Source of the DNA: Candidatus Latescibacterota bacterium
GTDB taxonomy: Bacteria > Latescibacterota > UBA2968
DNA: 64,000 nucleotides
Reading direction: 5' to 3'
NCBI GenBank assembly: GCA_038279365.1
Contig: JAYODI010000001.1
Coordinates: forward strand, 1 to 64,000
Shown: in pieces, positions 58,401 through 64,000 of the stretch
How positions within the stretch are numbered: the stretch's first letter is position 1
Layout: the number at the start of each line of letters is the position of its first letter
Position numbers and translations under genes: made by a program
The notes under the pieces: generated by a model
What the model was told of the DNA's origin: nothing
What the model saw: the letters and a program-made list of their open reading frames with translations, nothing else
The model's database searches: none

Positions 58401-59684
58401 ATGTTCAATTCATTTTTGGCCTACATCATAATTGTGTTGATTGTACTGATTGGCATCGGTGCCGGTGGTTATCGCGCCTGGTTTCGGCGAAGCAACCAAT
58501 TGGTACAGTTGGCACCCAATGCGGCCGTGTCTTTGGGCATCTTTGGAACTTTTGTAGGTGTGTATATTGGCTTGCAAGGATTTGATGTACAAAACATCAG
58601 TGCCAGTATTCCTTTGTTGTTAGATGGTCTGAAGACTGCGTTTATGACCTCTATTTGGGGTATTGCGGTTTCTATTGGGTTGCGGTTGTTATATGGTCGA
58701 TTGGACGATGCAGAATCCGATGGCTCTGTGCAATCGGATGATCCGATGGTGTTGTTGCAAGGCATTTTGAATGGGGTTGAGAAGTTGGGGCATCAAACCG
58801 AAAAACAAACCCAGCAAATGACAGAAGCCATTGCACAGTTGAATGCCTCTGCAAATGCGCGTATGGAAACGGTGTTGGGGGCCGTCACGCAAACGCGTGA
58901 AGCCATGGTGACATCGTTTGATGCGTTTTCTGATCGGTTAACAGAAAATGGTATGGATACATTGGTTCAAGCTTTGGAAAAGGTGATTCAAGACTTTAAT
59001 GCGCTTTTGGGCGAGCTTGTTGGCAGTGCTTTTCAAGATTTGCGCGAAGCGGTGATGCGTTTGGTGGAGTGGCAGGGCAATTATCGCGATGATATGGAAA
59101 CCATGCGTGAAAGATTGGAGACTTTGCTTTCCCAGTCGGCCTCGTCAACAGATGTGCTCAATCGCTCAGCGGAATCTTTGGCCTTGGTGGATGATCGCTT
59201 AGAAAGCACGACGCGGTCCCTTGAAAAGCTGACCCTACATTCAACCGATTTGGAGCATCATGTTGAAGCTTTGCGGAATCAAAATGCGCAATTACAAGTG
59301 AGTTTAGAGAGTGTGCGGGCCTTGGGAGAATCGGCCAAAGATGTGATCCCTACAGTAGACAAACAGGTGCGTGAAATGGTTGATTCTTTGGTGCGTGCGG
59401 CGGCAGACAGTGCCTCACATTTAGAGCGTGCCAATGCCTCCTTGTCTCAGTTTGTAGAATCGACCACACAAACACTACAACAATCGGTAGAATCCCAAAC
59501 GGAGGCCATGCAAGCGGCCATTACGCGTTTGGATACGTCTTTGGAAGAGGAGTTGACCAAGGCACTTAATTCTTTGGCAGGGAGCTTGGCGGCATTGTCG
59601 GAACGGTTTGTACGCGATTATCAACCCCTGACAGAACGGTTACGCGAGGTGGTGCGCTTGGCGGAGACGGTGTATGATCGGTAG
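58401..59684 (+). CDS. zorA: ZorA-like MotA/TolQ/ExbB channel subunit with a long helical tail
   Basis: TM segments SLGIFGTFVG and LLDGLKTAFMTSIWG; long coiled tail ending F..DY.PLT. Confidence 0.75.
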   Translation: MFNSFLAYIIIVLIVLIGIGAGGYRAWFRRSNQLVQLAPNAAVSLGIFGTFVGVYIGLQGFDVQNISASIPLLLDGLKTAFMTSIWGIAVSIGLRLLYGRLDDAESDGSVQSDDPMVLLQGILNGVEKLGHQTEKQTQQMTEAIAQLNASANARMETVLGAVTQTREAMVTSFDAFSDRLTENGMDTLVQALEKVIQDFNALLGELVGSAFQDLREAVMRLVEWQGNYRDDMETMRERLETLLSQSASSTDVLNRSAESLALVDDRLESTTRSLEKLTLHSTDLEHHVEALRNQNAQLQVSLESVRALGESAKDVIPTVDKQVREMVDSLVRAAADSASHLERANASLSQFVESTTQTLQQSVESQTEAMQAAITRLDTSLEEELTKALNSLAGSLAALSERFVRDYQPLTERLREVVRLAETVYDR

Positions 59685-60387
59685 GCGAAAAATACGATTT
59701 GATGGAGACAGTGAATGGGTGTCGATTTCGGACTTGATGTCGGGATTGATGGTCATTTTTTTATTTTTTGCTGTGAGCTATATGTATGATGTACAGCAAA
59801 GTCAAAAACGCATTCAGCGCATTGCGGTGGCGTATCGCGATTTACAAACCACTTTATATGAAGATTTGTTGCGAGAATTTAAAGATGATTTGCCACGTTG
59901 GAAAGCCACATTGGATCGCGAAACTTTGGCCATTCGGTTTGGGGAACCCGATGTATTGTTTCAAGTGGGCAGTGCCGATGTCTCTTCGCGTTTTCAAGAT
60001 ATTTTGAGCGATTTTTTCCCTCGCTATATTCGCATTATTGCTTCGGATGTGTATCGTGAAAATGTTGAAGAGATTCGCATTGAAGGCCATACGTCTTCCG
60101 AATGGCTTTATAACGTGACCCAAGAAGAAGCGTATTTTTTAAATATGAAATTGTCGCAAGATCGCACGCGTTCGGTTTTGCATTTTTGTTTGGATGTTTT
60201 ACAAAAAAAAGACAACAAAGATTGGGTTCGCAACCATATTACTGCCAATGGGTTGTCGTCTAGCCAGCCTATTTTGATGGCTGATGGCTTGGAAGATATG
60301 GCCGGATCGCGGCGGGTGGAATTTCGCACGCGTACCAATGCAGAAAAGAAAGTGGTGGAAATTATACAGGAGATGGAAGGGATGTAG
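59674..60387 (+). CDS. zorB: ZorB-like MotB/OmpA peptidoglycan-binding subunit
   Basis: W.SISDLMSGLMVIFLF (essential Asp), IRIEGHTSSEW, N..LSQDR..SV, SRRVEF. Confidence 0.82.
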   Translation: MIGRRKIRFDGDSEWVSISDLMSGLMVIFLFFAVSYMYDVQQSQKRIQRIAVAYRDLQTTLYEDLLREFKDDLPRWKATLDRETLAIRFGEPDVLFQVGSADVSSRFQDILSDFFPRYIRIIASDVYRENVEEIRIEGHTSSEWLYNVTQEEAYFLNMKLSQDRTRSVLHFCLDVLQKKDNKDWVRNHITANGLSSSQPILMADGLEDMAGSRRVEFRTRTNAEKKVVEIIQEMEGM

Positions 60388-60391
60388 GGAA

Positions 60392-60448
60392 GTTAAAAAT
60401 TAAAAATGTAAAATTGAAAACGGCAGACGGCAGACGGCAAATGTGAGA
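60392..60448 (+). repeat. Heptamer tandem array between zorB and zorE
   Basis: AAAATTA AAAATGT AAAATTG AAAACGG CAGACGG CAGACGG CAAATGT. Confidence 0.65.
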
Positions 60449-60502
60449 CATCTTAGATTGAGTGATGGAGAAATGTTGTTGGTTTGGTGAGTATGAGGGG
60501 TT

Positions 60503-61378
60503 ATGGAGCTTCCTGATTATAAAAAATGTGTGGAGTTTTTTCGCCTTCACGAGGCGATGGGGATTCGGGTGATTCCCAATGTGCCTGCCATTGATGTTGA
60601 ACAAGTTGAGGCATTGGAAATGATTCGTGAGTTGCCCGACCCAGAAGATGCGGCTGTGGGAACACGATTGCAACGCGAGTCTGTGCCTGTGACCAAGTCA
60701 GATGTGATCGCCTTACCCAATGAGGCATTGCGATATCGGGGGCGTGTGGTCTGTGTTTATGTACGTGATCAGCACAATTCGGTGGTCTTTGATGGGCAAT
60801 GGCGGCGGTATGTGTATCATTTGTTTTATTGTCAAGCTTTACAACGTGTCAAAATGGCTTCTTCTGATCGATCTTTTTTGGCAACACAACGGTCAGATGG
60901 TGTGTTTGAAGTACACGACCTGTCTGGTGATCATCCGCGTAAAACACTTGCGCCTTTGGGGTTGTGTCCTGATTGTCGAGAAATATTACAAGAGATGGGT
61001 GTGTATTCTTCTGCGTTCAAATTGGCCAATTATTTTGCGATGTATGATGCTTATGAGACGCGCAAGTTGCGAGAAGTTGCCGTTGTGACGGAACCCGAAA
61101 TGGATGCGCGTGCTTTGGCCGATGTTTATCGACAGGTTTGTGTGTTTGTTTGCCAAGCATGTGGCGTTGATTGTACGGATGCGCCTCATTTGTTGCACCT
61201 GCATTTTGATGATGGGGATCCGACCAATACGGCTGTTGAAAATCTGTACATTTTGTGTGTAGATTGCCATGCGCTACAACCTGGGCACGATCATATGATT
61301 GTGCAACCCGTGGTGCAAGACAGCATTGAGATGGTAAAAGAACGGCGGGCACGACAGGGGATTATTTCGTTGCGGTAG
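60503..61378 (+). CDS. zorE: ZorE-like HNH/Zn-finger protein with a degenerate active site
   Basis: V.VY.RD…YH..YC..L, CPDC, CQAC, HLHFDDG…NL.ILCVDCHALQPGH; located downstream of zorAB. Confidence 0.65.
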   Translation: MELPDYKKCVEFFRLHEAMGIRVIPNVPAIDVEQVEALEMIRELPDPEDAAVGTRLQRESVPVTKSDVIALPNEALRYRGRVVCVYVRDQHNSVVFDGQWRRYVYHLFYCQALQRVKMASSDRSFLATQRSDGVFEVHDLSGDHPRKTLAPLGLCPDCREILQEMGVYSSAFKLANYFAMYDAYETRKLREVAVVTEPEMDARALADVYRQVCVFVCQACGVDCTDAPHLLHLHFDDGDPTNTAVENLYILCVDCHALQPGHDHMIVQPVVQDSIEMVKERRARQGIISLR

Positions 61379-61437
61379 GCTGGTGGGAAATGTTAACAAA
61401 CACCTTGCTGATTATTGGCTTACATTTGAGCGTGTTT

Positions 61438-62403
61438 TTAGGGTGCTTCGCGGATGGAGAGGTAGCTTTGGTAACGGTGAGCGGTGATATGACCTTGTTC
61501 AACCGCTGATTTGATGGCACAGTCGGGTTCTTGTACGTGGGTGCAATTGCGAAAGCGACAGGCTCCTAAGAAGGGGAAAAACTCTTTGAAGAGGTGTGGG
61601 GTGTCTTCGGTGTTGATGCCAAAAAGATTGAATTCGCGAACACCTGGAATATCCCCCACAAACCCGCCATCATTCAATGTTACGAGTTCGGTATGTGTGG
61701 TGGTGTGACGTCCGTCGCCAGATGTTGCACTGATTTCACCGGTGCGCAATTTGAGGCCGGGTTGGAGCCAGTTGAGTAAGCTTGTTTTTCCCACGCCCGA
61801 GGACCCCATAAAGAGGGTGGTGTGGTCTTTTAAGATTTGGCGAAACGCTTCTTTGCCAATGTCTGAGACGGTGCTGGTGAAAATGATGTGGTAGCCAATT
61901 TTTTGGTATGTTTCGGTTTGTTCTTGGGCATATGTTTCAGACACAAGGTCCATTTTGTTAAAGCAGATGATGGGGGGGATGTTTTGCCACTCGGCAATGG
62001 CCAACATACGATCGAGCAACCCCCAATCGGGCTCGGGTCTGGAAAGGGTAAACACTGGCATCACTTGGTCGATGTTGGCGGCTATGAGTTGTTCTTTTTT
62101 GGAGCCTCCCGATGCGCGGCGAGAGATTTTGTTGCGTCGTGGTAAAATTTCGCAAATCATGCCGTGGTTTTCACTGCCATCATCAACAATAACACGGTCA
62201 CCAATGGCAACGGGGTCTACCACTTGTAAGCGTTTTACGCTTTGTACGCGCTGCCTGCGTGAACCTGCTGCGGCTTGAGGGTATTCTAAATTTTTACGAA
62301 GGCGACTGGATAGGGCGCAGGTGATCATGCCCGTATCTGTTGCCACAATATAATGCGCCAAATGTTGGCGAATGACAGTGCCTTCGGTTTGTGTTTTGGC
62401 CAT
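61438..62403 (-). CDS. rsgA: Ribosome small subunit-dependent GTPase A
   Basis: AIGD.V, NKMD, GSSGVGKTS, GRHTTT, DIPG, CRFRNCTHVQEPDC. Confidence 0.93.
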   Translation of the reverse strand: MAKTQTEGTVIRQHLAHYIVATDTGMITCALSSRLRKNLEYPQAAAGSRRQRVQSVKRLQVVDPVAIGDRVIVDDGSENHGMICEILPRRNKISRRASGGSKKEQLIAANIDQVMPVFTLSRPEPDWGLLDRMLAIAEWQNIPPIICFNKMDLVSETYAQEQTETYQKIGYHIIFTSTVSDIGKEAFRQILKDHTTLFMGSSGVGKTSLLNWLQPGLKLRTGEISATSGDGRHTTTHTELVTLNDGGFVGDIPGVREFNLFGINTEDTPHLFKEFFPFLGACRFRNCTHVQEPDCAIKSAVEQGHITAHRYQSYLSIREAP

Positions 62404-62532
62404 AGTATTGGTAGATGGTGTCAAGATATTAAGTTAAGAGAAGGGATGCCGAACGGCATTGTGGCTACCTCTGCTCAAGTAGCCCACACACGGGCGTGTG
62501 TCATGGATCGTGATGAGGCTATCGCGTAGTTG

Positions 62533-62949
62533 TTAAATGATGTCAATGCGACTGTTTTCAGCGACTTGGAAATGGAAAAATGAGGCAGGTTCAGTTTGGC
62601 GAATGATTTGGGTGTTTTTGCCAATAATGGAGTCTTGAATACGGCCACTGAGTGCACGGATGACCACATTGTCATCCACACGCGCATATTCTATTTCAGT
62701 GGCAATAAATTCAACATTATTCCCTAAGGTCGTATAGGAACCCACATAGGCATCTTTGATACGGCAATTTTGACCAATGATTACTGGGCCACGGATGATA
62801 CAATTTTCGATGATGGTGCCAGAGCCAATACACACATTGCCTGTAACACGCGACGTTTCTCCAATTTGCACATCGCTGGCAATGTTTTGTGTATCGGGTA
62901 ACGCGTCGAGTAATTGGCGATGTGCTTCAAGTGAGGTGTTTTGGGGCAT
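62533..62949 (-). CDS. Stand-alone left-handed beta-helix domain resembling the C-terminus of long-form glucose-1-phosphate thymidylyltransferase
   Basis: LEAHRQLLD, IRGPVIIG.NC.I..AYVG.YT, EIE, RIQDSIIG; no NTP-transferase domain. Confidence 0.65.
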   Translation of the reverse strand: MPQNTSLEAHRQLLDALPDTQNIASDVQIGETSRVTGNVCIGSGTIIENCIIRGPVIIGQNCRIKDAYVGSYTTLGNNVEFIATEIEYARVDDNVVIRALSGRIQDSIIGKNTQIIRQTEPASFFHFQVAENSRIDII

Positions 62950-63048
62950 GGTATTTGACTGAAAAAGGTTATTTTAAATGATGTTAGCACCACAGAAAAT
63001 ACAGGGTGGTGAGACGCCTGTCAAGTCTTTTGACCAGATGCAAACAGG

Positions 63049-63077
63049 TTGACATTTGTCATTCTTTTCTCCATATT
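63049..63077 (+). promoter_or_regulatory. Possible sigma70-type promoter
   Basis: TTGACA-17 nt-CATATT. Confidence 0.35.
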
Positions 63078-63213
63078 TCAATCCATTCACACCCATCAAA
63101 CAGTGGTGTTTTGTGGTGATGGCATTTTAAATGCAAGCATCAGAGTTATCTTTATATATTGAGAAGGTATACCCTTTGTATCTGCTTGGGTGTAGGTGCT
63201 TTGGGAGGGTTTT

Positions 63214-63966
63214 ATGAAGCGAGATTTGGCCTATTTTTTATCGGACTGGAATTTTGATCCAACGGATATTTGTGCCCGTAAGATTATTGGTTTAGATGGG
63301 CGTGAAAAATTACAAGTGCGTTTAGATTTGGGTGTGTTACAAATGGAAATGGTGGGGCGCCCCGATGGTGACAGACCCAAAGGCCATGCATCGATGCTGG
63401 ATTATTATTTGGATCAGCTTGAAGATCATCGCGCAAACGGAGGGCGCGATGAAACTTTTCGTTTGGATGCCGATGCCTGTGGTGATTTGGGGCAAGAGGG
63501 TATGTTATATTACCATCGTTATATTTGTTTGTTGCGGTTGGGAGAGTTTGATGGTGTTGTTCGCGACACCACACACAATTTGGCCATTTTAGACATGGTT
63601 CAAGCCTATGCAGATGATGAAGAAGACCGTATTTCTTTTGAGCAATATAGACCGTATGTGCTTATGATTAATACACGTGCCAAGGGTGAGATTTGTTTGC
63701 AAAATGAAGATTATCAAAGCGCATTACAACGCATTGACGAAGGTATGGCAAAAATTAGATTGTGTTTAGATACATATGATGAAGTTGATGGTGAAGAAGA
63801 ATTACAAGCCCTTTCTACTTGGGCCGAAGAAATAGACCGTGAACAACCCTTGAGTTTGCTCCAGCAGTTGACCTTGGAACTGCAAAGCGCAATTGCGGAA
63901 GAACAATATGAGAAAGCGGCCAAACTCAGAGACCAGTTGCAAGCCTTAGATCACCGACATTCATGA
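63214..63966 (+). CDS. UvrB/UvrC (UVR) motif-containing protein
   Basis: QVRLDLGVLQME..GRPDG, YYHRY, RDT..N, EQYRPY; C-terminal AIAEEQYEKAAKLRDQL. Confidence 0.82.
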   Translation: MKRDLAYFLSDWNFDPTDICARKIIGLDGREKLQVRLDLGVLQMEMVGRPDGDRPKGHASMLDYYLDQLEDHRANGGRDETFRLDADACGDLGQEGMLYYHRYICLLRLGEFDGVVRDTTHNLAILDMVQAYADDEEDRISFEQYRPYVLMINTRAKGEICLQNEDYQSALQRIDEGMAKIRLCLDTYDEVDGEEELQALSTWAEEIDREQPLSLLQQLTLELQSAIAEEQYEKAAKLRDQLQALDHRHS

Positions 63967-64000
63967 TGGGTGATCCTGTTAGTCCAAACAAGCAGGCGGT

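Noticed and set aside
58401-60387. Flagellar MotAB or TolQR/ExbBD
   Set aside because: The long helical tail on the A subunit, the SDLMSGLM/EGHTSSEW signature and the downstream HNH-like gene fit Zorya better; no flagellar or tol genes nearby.
298-63923. Numerous short overlapping or antisense ORFs in the track (e.g. 9337..10275, 48412..49038, 49370..50068, 53364..53996)
   Set aside because: They overlap well-supported genes in other frames and show no recognisable motifs.
1-64000. tRNA, rRNA, integrase, transposase or prophage genes
   Set aside because: None recognised by eye; small ncRNAs cannot be excluded without a covariance-model search.

Overview
A 64-kb stretch of bacterial chromosome with about 47 protein-coding loci. 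I found no rRNA, tRNA, CRISPR array or intact IS element. Secreted proteins ending in dockerin-like 'DFxGxGxVDFxDFxxFxxxFG' motifs, plus a cohesin-like/FlgD-type C-terminus, suggest an FCB-superphylum organism such as Ca. Latescibacterota; this is inference only. Housekeeping and metabolic genes: ggt, nagA, recD2, tsaC/sua5, lepA-lepB-hemW-thrB running into wza/wzz, an alpha carbonic anhydrase, lon, an M32 carboxypeptidase, rsgA, two nucleoside hydrolases and a solA-linked catabolic cluster. Main items worth follow-up: (1) a SelW/Rdx-family selenoprotein missing from the ORF track (CAAU motif, in-frame TGA, SECIS-like hairpin); (2) three dockerin-like-tagged secreted proteins, one also carrying a cohesin-like domain, suggesting a non-cellulolytic extracellular complex; (3) a five-gene circularly permuted ATP-grasp / alpha-E / transglutaminase operon, with a divergent small acidic protein behind a sigma54-type promoter; (4) a type II Zorya-like trio whose HNH effector looks catalytically eroded; (5) a PDZ-containing sensor kinase / sigma54 regulator locus with three separate lesions, including an abrupt junction; (6) a secreted protein built from 14-aa tandem repeats; (7) a dispersed set of intergenic heptamer inverted-repeat elements; (8) gene relics (pyk, brnT/brnA). 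All family calls come from motif recognition by eye, not database searches.
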